From positions 25,288 through 89,287 of the forward strand of contig JAICLL010000004.1 of the NCBI GenBank assembly GCA_025927475.1: 64,000 nucleotides of DNA, written 5' to 3'. Shown piece by piece: positions 30,601 to 38,398 of this stretch. The notes beneath the pieces are model-generated. The model did no database searches and had not been told where the DNA came from. It was given only the letters and a program-made list of their open reading frames with translations. A program made the position numbers and the translations under genes. This DNA is from Pirellulales bacterium. Its GTDB lineage: Bacteria; Planctomycetota; Planctomycetia; Pirellulales; JAICIG01. Each line of letters starts with the position of its first letter. The stretch's first letter is position 1.

Positions 30601-30721
30601 CGGGTTGATCTTCAGCCAACTCTTGACGCTCTACACCACGCCGGTCGTATATTTGTATCTCGATCGCTTGCGGTTGTGGCTGGGGCGCAAGCGAGCGTCG
30701 ACCAGGTCGCACGAGTTGTAG
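27629..30721 (+). CDS. RND efflux transporter permease (AcrB/MdtB/MdtC family)
   Basis: 1030 aa. MSLSTPFIYRPVGTTLLTVAIMLAG...LPQIDFPTIQV. 12-TM layout with two large periplasmic loops. Conserved FVVDDAIVVIENI. Confidence 0.9.
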   Translation: MSLSTPFIYRPVGTTLLTVAIMLAGALGYGLLPVSPLPQIDFPTIQVTAMLPGASPETMASAVATPLERQFGRIAGVTEMTSASYLGTSIIVMQFDLDRNINAAARDVQAAINAARGRLPPNLPNNPTYRKINPADAPIMILTLTSDTYTKPQMYDAAATILQQKLSQVRGVGQVYIGGGAAPAVRVDLNPTLLNHMGIALEDVRTALANANANRPKGQVANQSQAWSIGATDQLLKAREYEPVIVAYRNGAPVRLADVADVSDSVEDLRAAGLFNGEPSITIVIFRQPGANIISTVDRITGLLPQLRNQIPANMKISIALDRTATIRASVHDVQAALMVSVGLVILVVFLFLRNARATFIPSVAVPVSLIGTFGVMYLAGYSLDNLSLMALAIATGFVVDDAIVVIENIARHLEQGARPLQAALRGAAEIGFTVLSISVSLVAVFIPILLMRGIVGRLFREFAVTLSVAILVSLIVSLTTTPMLCALLLKSKHDERHGRLFRASERVFDWILAGYEATLGWVLRHQPLTMLVTLSTIGFTVYLYVIVPKGFFPQQDTGRLVGNLVADQDTSFQAMHVLLRRFAAMVSEDPGVNGVTAYTGGQAGAANAARMFVSLKPLEERKIGADQLIARIRAKTSRIPGANLYLQSVQDLRVGGRSSSAQFQFTLRGDSLEDLNQWGPKLLAEIRKLPGLVDVNSDQQDKGLQASLSIDRLAAARLGVTLQAIDDTLYDAFGQRPVSVIYKPLNQYRVVMGVTPEFWQNPDALRHIYVRGQNQSQVPLSALYRQTGTNTAISVNHSGQFPSVTISFNLAPGMSLGEAVPLIEQAATELGLPESIQWSFQGTAQAFQDSLRNQPLLILAALVAVYIVLGVLYESYIHPLTILSTLPSAGVGALVALLICRTELNVMALIGILLLIGIVKKNAIMMIDFALEAEREQGKSPRDAIFEACLLRFRPITMTTMAALLGGLPLALGTGNGSELRRPMGIAIVGGLIFSQLLTLYTTPVVYLYLDRLRLWLGRKRASTRSHEL

Positions 30722-30748
30722 CGTGGGCCCGGCGCAGCGAGTGCCACC
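30722..30748 (-). repeat. degenerate REP-like family 1 unit
   Basis: CGTGGGCCCGGCGCAGCGAGTGCCACC resembles the reverse of the family 1 consensus. It sits in the 41-nt spacer between two convergent genes. Confidence 0.5.
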
Positions 30749-30762
30749 TTGTCATAGCGCGA

Positions 30763-31725
30763 TCACGAACCTTTCAGGTGCTTCTGGAAAAACTCCAGCA
30801 TGTCGCGGCCGACGTTGGCGGCCTTCGATTTGTCGTCGCTCTGGTTGATCATCACGTTCTCGATGCCCATCTCATCCATCCGCTCTTTCAGCATTCGGCC
30901 GAAGTTGGGATGATGAATGCCTTGGCCGGGTTTGGCATCGGCGGGCAGCGGGCCGTCGGGTTCGTTGTAAACCATGAACACCGGCGGATCGTCCTTGGTC
31001 AGCCAGGTGATGGCCGACGATTGGTCATAGAGTCGTTGCTTTTCGGGCGTGGGATGCAGCGCCTCTTCGGCGTTTTGTAACCCATACACCTTGAACAGCG
31101 ACGGATGTTCCCAGGCCCGCCCGCCGATCAACTCGCGAATCTTAATGGGGTCGTAAGTCGGCTGTCCGCCAAAACTGCCGACGGCCACAATGCGGGTCGA
31201 CTCGCGCAGCACGGGGTCGGCGCTTTTGGGATCGGCCAGATCGTCCTGAAAGCCGATCCACAGAGAGATGCCGGCCCCCGCCGAGCCGCCGAAACAACCG
31301 ACCCGCCGCTTGTCGATCTTCCACTCGCCGGCCTTGGTGCGCAGGAACTGCACGGCGCGGGCGCCATCGAGTTGCGGGGCGGGAAAGATCACGTCTTTGC
31401 CATTCACAAAGCGGTAGTTGATCGAGGCGAAGTGGACGCCCGACTTCTTGAGCGTTTCGAGCATGCCGGCGTTGAGACCTTGCCGTTTATCGCCTGCCAC
31501 GAATCCGCCGCCGTGGATATGCACCAAGAGCGGCGCGGGTGCGTCACCATCGGCTCGATAAAAGTCGAGCACGTTTCGCTCGGCCGGGCCGTAGGAGACG
31601 TCGGCGTGAGTGGGATCGATTTTGGCGGCATCTGGCGGTTGGGCCACGGCGGCGTGACCGAAACTGGCGACAAGCAACGTCAGCAAAGCTGTCACGATGC
31701 GGTGTGTCAAGGTCCGATAAATCAT
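30763..31725 (-). CDS. secreted alpha/beta-hydrolase esterase/lipase
   Basis: Signal peptide MIYRTLTHRIVTALLTLLVASFGHAAVA. Oxyanion motif VHIHGGGFVAGDK and nucleophile elbow FGGSAGAG. Confidence 0.8.
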   Translation of the reverse strand: MIYRTLTHRIVTALLTLLVASFGHAAVAQPPDAAKIDPTHADVSYGPAERNVLDFYRADGDAPAPLLVHIHGGGFVAGDKRQGLNAGMLETLKKSGVHFASINYRFVNGKDVIFPAPQLDGARAVQFLRTKAGEWKIDKRRVGCFGGSAGAGISLWIGFQDDLADPKSADPVLRESTRIVAVGSFGGQPTYDPIKIRELIGGRAWEHPSLFKVYGLQNAEEALHPTPEKQRLYDQSSAITWLTKDDPPVFMVYNEPDGPLPADAKPGQGIHHPNFGRMLKERMDEMGIENVMINQSDDKSKAANVGRDMLEFFQKHLKGS

Positions 31726-31734
31726 GGTGGTCCC

Positions 31735-32013
31735 TCAAAGAATCACGTTTTGCTCTCGAAGAATACGCAAGTATTCCGTTTCCGTCAGCGGGCAGTCGAC
31801 GAGCGCGAGAAACTGTTGCCGCGAAAGGCGCAGTTGCCTTGCCATCACACCGAGCAATTGATCTGATACTTCCTTCGCACCGTGGCTAATTTTGGTGTAG
31901 ACCGGCGTCTTCCGCCCTTCGACATAAAGATGCAAAAAAGTATGATCGTTCTCGCGCCGTACAAAGCCCTTACGAGTGAGGCCCGATACGATTACACGCG
32001 CGTCTTTCGGCAT
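31735..32013 (-). CDS. HicA-like toxin candidate
   Basis: 92 aa: LTRKGFVRRENDHTFLHLYVEGRKTPVYTKISHGAKEVSD, then a helical tail. The layout resembles HicA (dsRBD-like with His). Assigned from memory only. Lower-G+C patch. Confidence 0.4.
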   Translation of the reverse strand: MPKDARVIVSGLTRKGFVRRENDHTFLHLYVEGRKTPVYTKISHGAKEVSDQLLGVMARQLRLSRQQFLALVDCPLTETEYLRILREQNVIL

Positions 32014-32015
32014 CT

Positions 32016-32549
32016 TTACGTTTCAGATCGTGTGACCGCCAGATCGAGCAAAAGCCGCTTGATGTCCTGCGCGCGGGAATCGAGCTTTTCGTCGCGTTCT
32101 TCCGCAAGCTCCTGCCAGAGGAATGCAAAGTTGTCGTGTAAATCGGCGATCGCTTCCTCGCGGCGTTCGCCCGACCCCCAGAGATTAAGTGGTGAATTAT
32201 GGTAGACCCAAAGGCCATCGGTGAACTCGACGTTGACGACTAATGGCTCTTTGAGCGAAAAAACGATTCCGTCGTGCTCAAACCGCGTAATGCGTAGCGG
32301 CCCCGGGCTGAAGGTGGAAATGCTGTCCAGCCGGTCTAACCGTTCCACTTGTCCTTGGCTATTGATAGCAGCCTCGCCGGCTACCTCGACGATGGAGCCT
32401 GGCGACAGGCCAGCGATCTGGTCGTGCAGCGAGGTCGGGCAAACGCAATCGATCTCGCGGCTGTCCGCGCGGATCGTGATTCTCTCGGGAGGCGCGCCCA
32501 CGGCAATCGTGACGACTTGTCCGACCAGTGTAGCTGCTGTGGACGCCAT
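32016..32549 (-). CDS. putative antitoxin partner (HicB-like C-terminal half)
   Basis: 177 aa, 2 nt upstream of the HicA-like ORF. VEFTDGLWVYHNSPLNLWGSGERREEAIADLHDNFAFLWQEL resembles the HicB N-domain pattern. The N-terminal 90 aa are unassigned. Confidence 0.4.
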   Translation of the reverse strand: MASTAATLVGQVVTIAVGAPPERITIRADSREIDCVCPTSLHDQIAGLSPGSIVEVAGEAAINSQGQVERLDRLDSISTFSPGPLRITRFEHDGIVFSLKEPLVVNVEFTDGLWVYHNSPLNLWGSGERREEAIADLHDNFAFLWQELAEERDEKLDSRAQDIKRLLLDLAVTRSET

Positions 32550-32677
32550 CCAGCACTTCCGTCAAAAAAAACGAAGCCGTTTCGACTTTTAACTGTTTGA
32601 TTCTACGCCGCTCGAATCTTGATGTAAACGATCAGGTGGCCGCCAGCGGCCCGCCGTCTAATGTAAAATGGCGGCGC

Positions 32678-32727
32678 AAAGAAAAAGCCCGGCGAGCGTG
32701 TGTCAGAATCGACGCTCGTCGGGCTTA
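32678..32727 (-). terminator. orphan intrinsic terminator (minus strand)
   Basis: Minus strand: AAGCCCGACGAGCGT-cgattctgacac-ACGCTCGCCGGGCTT followed by TTTCTTTG. The stem is 15 bp with one mismatch. No annotated minus-strand gene lies upstream of it. Confidence 0.55.
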
Positions 32728-32907
32728 CACCGCGGGTAAAGTTTCTGACGCTTCGGTGCGGTGTCCCTGTCGGTCCGCCGGCGGTGAAGCAGCCGCCCGA
32801 CGCGAACGCGACGCTTGAGTGCTACTCAATTGAACTATAGCTCAAGTTTTGGGAAGGCAAAGGAAATTCATGCCCTCTCGACCGGCCATGTGCGGGAATG
32901 GTAAAAT

Positions 32908-33252
32908 GTGAACGTTGACGGTTTAAGCGGCGAATTCACAGGTCGTGCGACGGCGAACGTGATTACCGATCACATCACAAAGACACCCGACGTCTGCGGC
33001 GGGAAAGCATGCGTCGCCGGGCGTCGCATTCGGATAGTCGATGTAGTAGCCCTGCACGAACAGCGGGGCTACGGCCCGGATGAAATCGTCGGAATGTTCC
33101 CCGGCATCACGTTGGCCGATGTCCACGCGGCCTTGGCGTATTACTTCGACCATCGTGCTGAGATTGAAGCGGATTTCAAACACGACGCCGAGATAGCAGA
33201 AGGGCTGCGAACGCTATTCCCGTCGAAGTTGCAGGAAAAACTCCGTGGGTGA
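32908..33252 (+). CDS. DUF433 domain protein (antitoxin-like)
   Basis: ITKTPDVCGGKACVAGRRIRIVDVVALHEQRGYGPDEIVGMFPGITLADVHAALAYY matches the DUF433 pattern. GTG start. Confidence 0.7.
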   Translation: MNVDGLSGEFTGRATANVITDHITKTPDVCGGKACVAGRRIRIVDVVALHEQRGYGPDEIVGMFPGITLADVHAALAYYFDHRAEIEADFKHDAEIAEGLRTLFPSKLQEKLRG

Positions 33253-33430
33253 ACCCGTCCAATTCTGCTTGGACGAGCACATACAACTGGCCGCCAGCGG
33301 CGCCGAGCATTTCGGCGTCGCCTATTGCCATCCTACGAAATACTCGGCCGCGCAATTGCTGCAGATCCTTGTTGTGCTCCATGGCGTGATGGACCAGGAG
33401 GAAATGCGAAACCACGTCGAGTTCTTATGA
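33245..33430 (+). CDS. miniature DUF5615/PIN-like partner (probably internally deleted)
   Basis: 61 aa with a GTGGGTGA start/stop overlap with the DUF433 gene. The N-terminal FCLDEHI and C-terminal GVAY...QEEMRNHVEFL resemble the two ends of about 115-aa DUF5615 proteins. The central core appears to be missing. Confidence 0.35.
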   Translation: MGEPVQFCLDEHIQLAASGAEHFGVAYCHPTKYSAAQLLQILVVLHGVMDQEEMRNHVEFL

Positions 33431-33439
33431 TTGGCCGAT

Positions 33440-33470
33440 AGTGGGACTCGCGGCGCTCGGCCCACCCTAC
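33440..33470 (+). repeat. REP-like family 1 unit
   Basis: AGTGGGACTCGCGGCGCTCGGCCCACCCTAC, 10 nt after the upstream stop. Confidence 0.8.
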
Positions 33471-33508
33471 AGCCGCTCGGGCAAATCAACGCTGTCTCGG
33501 TTGGCGAC

Positions 33509-33612
33509 CGCGGAACGGCACGGAGCCCGTTCCCTAGTCGGTTTTGACATTCGAACTCGGTAGGTCATACGCTCGGCAAATGTAGGGAACGGACTCCGTG
33601 CCGTTCCGTGAG
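33509..33612. repeat. inverted pair of REP-like family 2 units
   Basis: 33509-33537 CGCGGAACGGCACGGAGCCCGTTCCCTAG and 33582-33612 GTAGGGAACGGACTCCGTGCCGTTCCGTGAG. Each unit has an internal GGAACGG/CCGTTCC stem. Confidence 0.8.
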
Positions 33613-33660
33613 CTGCCGATTGGCCTCGTCTTGCCCCAGCGAGCCCGGAAACTGACCGCC

Positions 33661-33725
33661 TGGAAGCCCGACGCGTAAGCGAGGATCGGGGCCGCCTTTT
33701 CCCTCGCTAACGCGTCGGGCTTCCA
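33661..33725. repeat. long hairpin (24-bp arms, 1 mismatch, 17-nt loop)
   Basis: TGGAAGCCCGACGCGTAAGCGAGG ... CCTCGCTAACGCGTCGGGCTTCCA, read directly from the sequence. Confidence 0.85.
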
Positions 33726-33790
33726 TGCCCCGCGCTTCCTTCCGCATGCGGCGTTGACGAATAATCCGGCTAGCGAGTCACGACCGCTGG

Positions 33791-33816
33791 GCCGGCCACA
33801 AGGGCCGGGACTACCG
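33791..33816 (+). repeat. family 3 short hairpin motif GCCGGCCACAAGGGCCGGGACTACCG
   Basis: The second copy, differing by one nucleotide, is at 40209-40234. CCGGCC/GGCCGG stem. Confidence 0.75.
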
Positions 33817-33856
33817 TGGCGGCATGCCCCAAAGACGGTAGAACCCGCGCGCCGCT

Positions 33857-33884
33857 GAACCCTGAACCCCGAACCCCGAACCCT
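33857..33884. repeat. heptamer array (GAACCCY)4 abutting the glk stop codon
   Basis: The minus strand reads TGA-GGGTTCGGGGTTCGGGGTTCAGGGTTC. This gives four G3-4 tracts with 3-4 nt loops. Confidence 0.95.
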
Positions 33885-34900
33885 CACGCGCCGTGCTCGG
33901 CCTGATGAATCGCCGCGCAACGGGCGGCGCCGAGCAAGGCGGCCTTGGGTGTGAGAATCACGCGCACGGGAATCTGTTCGAGAATCTCGCGCAAACGCCC
34001 CTTGGCGGTGAACGACTTCACAAAATCGCCTCGCTTGAGCGGACCGAGGTTCTTGGGCGCGATGCCCCCGCCGATGTAAACGCCGCCGGTGGCCATGATC
34101 GTTAGCGCCAGGTTGCCCGCCTCGGCGCCGTAAAGCGATACGAACCAGTCGAGCGCCTCTTTGCACGTCGGGCAGCGATCGGCCTGGGCCGCTTGCGAGA
34201 TGACGGCCGCCGGATCGCCGCGAGCGATCTCGGCGGCCACATCGGCTGATTCGGCGCCGGGCTTGGTATCGCAAAGAAACTTGTAGAGATTGTGCAGGCC
34301 CGGTCCCGACAACACGCGCTCCCACGAAGCATGGCCGAACCGCTCGATGAGCCAGGCGAGCAAGTCGATCTCGCGCCGATCGCGCGGGGCGAAGTCGGCG
34401 TGCCCGCCCTCGCAGGCAAAGGGGCGATGGTGCCGCCCGTCCCAATACAGCCCCGCTTCGCCCAGTCCGGTGCCGGCGGCAATCACTGCCGCGTTGCCCT
34501 CGGCGGCGATGCCCACACCGGCGGCGCCAGGATTCAACACTGCAAAGTCGTTAGCGCCTAATGCCGCCACGCCAAAAGCCGTCGCTTCGAGATCGTTGAT
34601 CACCAGCGCGGCGCCGACCTTCAGCTCGGTGGCCAGCCGCTGGCCGTCGATTAGCCAGGGCAAATTAGTGGCGTGACTCCGCCCGTTTTGCACCGGTCCG
34701 GCCACGCCAAAGCAGGCAATTGAGATCGCCAACTTGTGCGCGGCGATGAACCGCAGGGCAATTTCGTCCAGGCTGGCGTGCTCTCGACTGGCGTAGGTCT
34801 GCTCGACCACCGACGTCAGGCCGATCTGCTCGCCCGAGCGCGTGACTTCAAAGAACGCCAGATTGGTTTTGGTGCCGCCGACGTCGCCCGCCAAAATCAT
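33884..34900 (-). CDS. glk: glucokinase
   Basis: MILAGDVGGTKTNLAFFEV N-terminal ATP-binding motif. Glk-family length (338 aa). Directly follows zwf. Confidence 0.85.
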   Translation of the reverse strand: MILAGDVGGTKTNLAFFEVTRSGEQIGLTSVVEQTYASREHASLDEIALRFIAAHKLAISIACFGVAGPVQNGRSHATNLPWLIDGQRLATELKVGAALVINDLEATAFGVAALGANDFAVLNPGAAGVGIAAEGNAAVIAAGTGLGEAGLYWDGRHHRPFACEGGHADFAPRDRREIDLLAWLIERFGHASWERVLSGPGLHNLYKFLCDTKPGAESADVAAEIARGDPAAVISQAAQADRCPTCKEALDWFVSLYGAEAGNLALTIMATGGVYIGGGIAPKNLGPLKRGDFVKSFTAKGRLREILEQIPVRVILTPKAALLGAARCAAIHQAEHGA

Positions 34901-36478
34901 TCACGGGTTCCTCCATGTTCGTCCGTCGGCGGTCATCAGGTCGTCGGCGCCGGCCGGTCCCCAGGTGCCGGCGGCATAGTTGGGAAATTTTCGAGCGGGC
35001 AGCGTGCCCCAAATGTCCAAGATCGGCTGCAAAAACTGCCAAGCCATTTCGACAAAGTCGGCCCGCAAAAACAGTGTGGCGTCGCCCTGCATCGCTCCAT
35101 ACAAGAGCGTCTCGTAACCGGTGATCGGCGTGGTGCCAAAAGCCTGTTCGTAGTGAAACTCCATCGTCACCGGCTTGGTCTCGATGCCAAAGCCCGGCGT
35201 CTTGGCCTCGAACCGCAGCGAGATGCCTTCATCCGGCTGAATTTGCAAAATCAACTGATTGGGCGAGAGCGATTCGACCGGCGTCTCGCGGAACAGAATC
35301 AGCGGCACTTGCTTGAACTGAATGGCGATCTCGGTGACCCGCGTGGGCAGGCACTTGCCGGTGCGTATGTAAAACGGCACGCCGGCCCACCGCCAATTGT
35401 CGACCATCATCTTTAGGGCGACGAAGGTTTCGGTGTTGGAGTCTTCGGGCACGTTGGGCGAGCCGCGGTAGGCGGGCACCTCTTTGCCTTGCACCGTGCC
35501 CGCCGCGTACTGCCCGCGCACACAATGCCGCAGCACGTCTTCTTCGCTGAGCGGATGAATGGCCCGTAGCACCTTGGCTTTTTCGTCGCGCACGGCCTCG
35601 GCGTCGAACGAAATGGGCGATTCCATGCAGATCAACGCCAAAAGCTGCGAGATATGGTTGGCCACCATGTCGCGCAGGGCGCCGGCCTTGTCGTAATAGA
35701 GGCCGCGGTGCTCGACCCCCACGGTCTCAGACACGGTGATCTGCACATGGTCGACGTAGCGGCGGTTCCAGGTCGGCTCGAACAGCCCGTTGGCAAAGCG
35801 AAACACCATGATGTTCTGCACGGTATCTTTGCCCAGGTAATGATCGATGCGGTAGATTTGGTCCTCGCGCAGCACCTTGGTGATTTCGCGATTGAGGGCT
35901 TTGGCCGACTCGACATCGTGGCCGAACGGCTTTTCGATGATCACGCGCCGCCAACCGGCCTGGGAACTCTTGCTCTTTTTCTTTTTGTCGTCCTCCTTTT
36001 CGGTTGGCTTTTCCTCGTTGGTCAAGCCGGCGGCCCCGAGCTGGTCGACGATCTTGCCAAAGAACGACGGCGGCGTGGCCAAATAAAACAGATAATTGCC
36101 CGACGTGCCGCACTCCTCATCGACCTGGGCCAGCGTTTTGGCCAGCGTGGCGTAGGACTTGGCGTCGGTAAAATCGCCCTTGACGTAATATAGCCGCTTG
36201 GCGAACAGCTCATTCCAGCGCTTCGGGTCGATCGTTTCGCCGGCGAACTCCTTGATCTCTTTGGTGAGCGTGTCGCGGAACTGGTCGGTATCCATGTCGT
36301 CGAAGGCAAAACCCACGACGGCGAATTTTTCGGGCAGCAGCTTGCTGGTGGCAACGTTGTACAGCGCCGGCAGCAGCTTGCGCTTGGTCAAATCGCCGCT
36401 GGCGCCAAAGATAACCATGGCGCACGGCGGCGGGGCAGCGTGGTTGGTGGCGGATGGTTTGGGGTCGCTTTTAGCCAT
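34901..36478 (-). CDS. zwf: glucose-6-phosphate 1-dehydrogenase
   Basis: [25 protein letters not shown] and RIDHYLGKD signatures. Contains a Lys/Glu-rich insertion ([18 protein letters not shown]). Confidence 0.95.
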   Translation of the reverse strand: MAKSDPKPSATNHAAPPPCAMVIFGASGDLTKRKLLPALYNVATSKLLPEKFAVVGFAFDDMDTDQFRDTLTKEIKEFAGETIDPKRWNELFAKRLYYVKGDFTDAKSYATLAKTLAQVDEECGTSGNYLFYLATPPSFFGKIVDQLGAAGLTNEEKPTEKEDDKKKKSKSSQAGWRRVIIEKPFGHDVESAKALNREITKVLREDQIYRIDHYLGKDTVQNIMVFRFANGLFEPTWNRRYVDHVQITVSETVGVEHRGLYYDKAGALRDMVANHISQLLALICMESPISFDAEAVRDEKAKVLRAIHPLSEEDVLRHCVRGQYAAGTVQGKEVPAYRGSPNVPEDSNTETFVALKMMVDNWRWAGVPFYIRTGKCLPTRVTEIAIQFKQVPLILFRETPVESLSPNQLILQIQPDEGISLRFEAKTPGFGIETKPVTMEFHYEQAFGTTPITGYETLLYGAMQGDATLFLRADFVEMAWQFLQPILDIWGTLPARKFPNYAAGTWGPAGADDLMTADGRTWRNP

Positions 36479-36498
36479 GGCAGTTCAGCTTGAGGTCT

Positions 36499-36529
36499 GT
36501 AGCGAACGGACTCCATGCCGTTCCGTGAG
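36499..36529 (+). repeat. REP-like family 2 unit
   Basis: GTAGCGAACGGACTCCATGCCGTTCCGTGAG, in the zwf-gnd spacer. Confidence 0.8.
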
Positions 36530-36543
36530 GGCGAACCGATGCA

Positions 36544-36645
36544 GTAGGGTGGGACGAGCTTGCGAGTCCCACCTTATCGGGCGGCGCGACGCGACAACGT
36601 CGACATAACCAAAAGGTGAGACTCGCTGCGCTCGGCCCACCCTAC
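36544..36645. repeat. inverted pair of REP-like family 1 units (36544-36573 reverse, 36611-36645 forward)
   Basis: GTAGGGTGGGACGAGCTTGCGAGTCCCACC and AAAAGGTGAGACTCGCTGCGCTCGGCCCACCCTAC. Confidence 0.8.
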
Positions 36646-36663
36646 GGCGTTCCGGCGTGCTTC

Positions 36664-38067
36664 CTACTCGCTCGATTTCCATTCGGTGTGGAACGTTCCT
36701 TTTTCATCGACGCGTTCATACGTGTGAGCGCCGAAGCAATCGCGCTGGGCCTGAATCAGGTTGGCCGGCAGCCACTCGCTATGATAGCCGTCGAAATAGC
36801 CGAGCGACACCGAAAAACCTGGCGCCGGAATGCCCGTCTCCGCCGCGGCGCACACCACCGCCCGCAGGTCGGCCTGCCGCTTCATCACCTGCTCGCCCAG
36901 CTTCTTATCGACCAGCAGATTCGGCAACTCGGGCTGAGCCTGGTAGGCCGCGCGAATGTCTTCCAGCAGCGCCGCGCGAATGATGCAGCCGCCTCGCCAG
37001 ATGCGGGCCACCGCTTCGGGGTTCAGTCCATAGTTATATGTCTGCGAGGCCTTGCGCAGTTGGGCCATGCCTTGCGCGTAGGTGATAATCATCGACGCAT
37101 AAAAGGCGTTACGCAACTGGCCCAAGAACGCCTTGCGGTCGCGCTTGAGCGTGTGCGACGGGCCACTGAGCACGCGGCTGGCCGCCGTCCGTTCGGCTTT
37201 GACCGACGACATGTCACGCATCGACACCGCGATATCGATCGTGGGCGTGGGCACCTGCAGCGCCATGGCGTCTTGCGAGGTCCACATGCCGGTGCCTTTT
37301 TGCTTGGCCTGATCGAGAATGACATCGACCAGCCGCTTGCCCGTCTTGTCGTCGACCTGCTTAAAAATGTCGGCGGTGATTTCGATGAGGAATGAACTCA
37401 GCTCGCCGGCGTTCCATTCGGCGTAAACATCGTGCAGTTCATCGTCGTTGAGGCTCAGACCCTGTTTCATCAAGGCGTAAGTCTCGGAGATCAACTGCAT
37501 CAGACCATACTCGATGCCGTTGTGAACCATCTTCACATAGTGGCCCGCCGAGCCGCTGCCCAGGTAGGTAACACACGGATCGCCGTTGACCTTGGCGGCG
37601 CAGGCCTCGAGGATGGGCCGCACGCGCTCATACGCCTGCTTCGAGCCGCCGGGCATCATGCTCGGTCCGAACCGTGCTCCGCGCTCCCCGCCCGAAATGC
37701 CCACGCCGATGAACTCGATCTTCTTCTCGGCCAGCGCCTTGGTGCGCAGGTTGGTGTCGGTGAAGTGCGAGTTACCGCCATCGACAATCAGGTCGCCCGG
37801 TTGCAGGCGAGGCAGCATGTCGCGGATGACCGAATCGACCGGTGCGCCGGCGGGCACCAGCATCATCACGGCCCGCGGCTTGGTGAGCTTGGCCACCAGG
37901 TCATCGGCGTCGCCCACGCCTTCGACCTTTTTTCCCTGGCCTTCTTTGCGCAGGGCTTCGACTTTGCTGGCGTCGCGGTCGTAGCCGGCCACGGCGAAAC
38001 CATGATCGGCCATATTCAGCACCAGGTTGCGGCCCATGACGCCCAGGCCCACCATTGCAATATCCAT
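36664..38067 (-). CDS. gnd: 6-phosphogluconate dehydrogenase (decarboxylating)
   Basis: MDIAMVGLGVMGRNLVLNMADHGF Rossmann N-terminus, LIVDGGNSHF and GISGGERGARFGPSMMPGG. Confidence 0.95.
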   Translation of the reverse strand: MDIAMVGLGVMGRNLVLNMADHGFAVAGYDRDASKVEALRKEGQGKKVEGVGDADDLVAKLTKPRAVMMLVPAGAPVDSVIRDMLPRLQPGDLIVDGGNSHFTDTNLRTKALAEKKIEFIGVGISGGERGARFGPSMMPGGSKQAYERVRPILEACAAKVNGDPCVTYLGSGSAGHYVKMVHNGIEYGLMQLISETYALMKQGLSLNDDELHDVYAEWNAGELSSFLIEITADIFKQVDDKTGKRLVDVILDQAKQKGTGMWTSQDAMALQVPTPTIDIAVSMRDMSSVKAERTAASRVLSGPSHTLKRDRKAFLGQLRNAFYASMIITYAQGMAQLRKASQTYNYGLNPEAVARIWRGGCIIRAALLEDIRAAYQAQPELPNLLVDKKLGEQVMKRQADLRAVVCAAAETGIPAPGFSVSLGYFDGYHSEWLPANLIQAQRDCFGAHTYERVDEKGTFHTEWKSSE

Positions 38068-38188
38068 CGCCGGCTGCTCCTTTCAAGAAGAGGAATGCGA
38101 AGCTGCGTGAAGCCGGATTTTGGCGAAGATGCTGCAAAAACGCAAGCCGCTAACGGAAACGTAATGCAGAGGCCGCGCCCGTGCGCCA

Positions 38189-38345
38189 TTACCAAAGCCT
38201 GGTGACGCCGTAAGCATCAAAGGCAGCGTCGCCGCTGATGACGGGAATCTGCTCAACTAGCGCTTGCGCGATGATGAGCCGGTCGAATGGGTCGCGGTGG
38301 TGGCAGGATGTACCACAGGAAAGCATGGGTATCGAGGAGAATCAA
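38189..38345 (-). pseudogene. PIN-domain (VapC-like) toxin relic
   Basis: The N-terminal LILLDTHAFLWYI (TTG 38345) is fused out of frame to the C-terminal HRDPFDRLIIAQALVEQIPVISGDAAFDAYGVTRLW-stop. About 80 central codons are missing. No antitoxin gene is adjacent. Confidence 0.7.
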
Positions 38346-38398
38346 TCTCCGTCATGTTTTGTCCCTCTCGGACATTATAATCAACATGAGGTAAGCCA

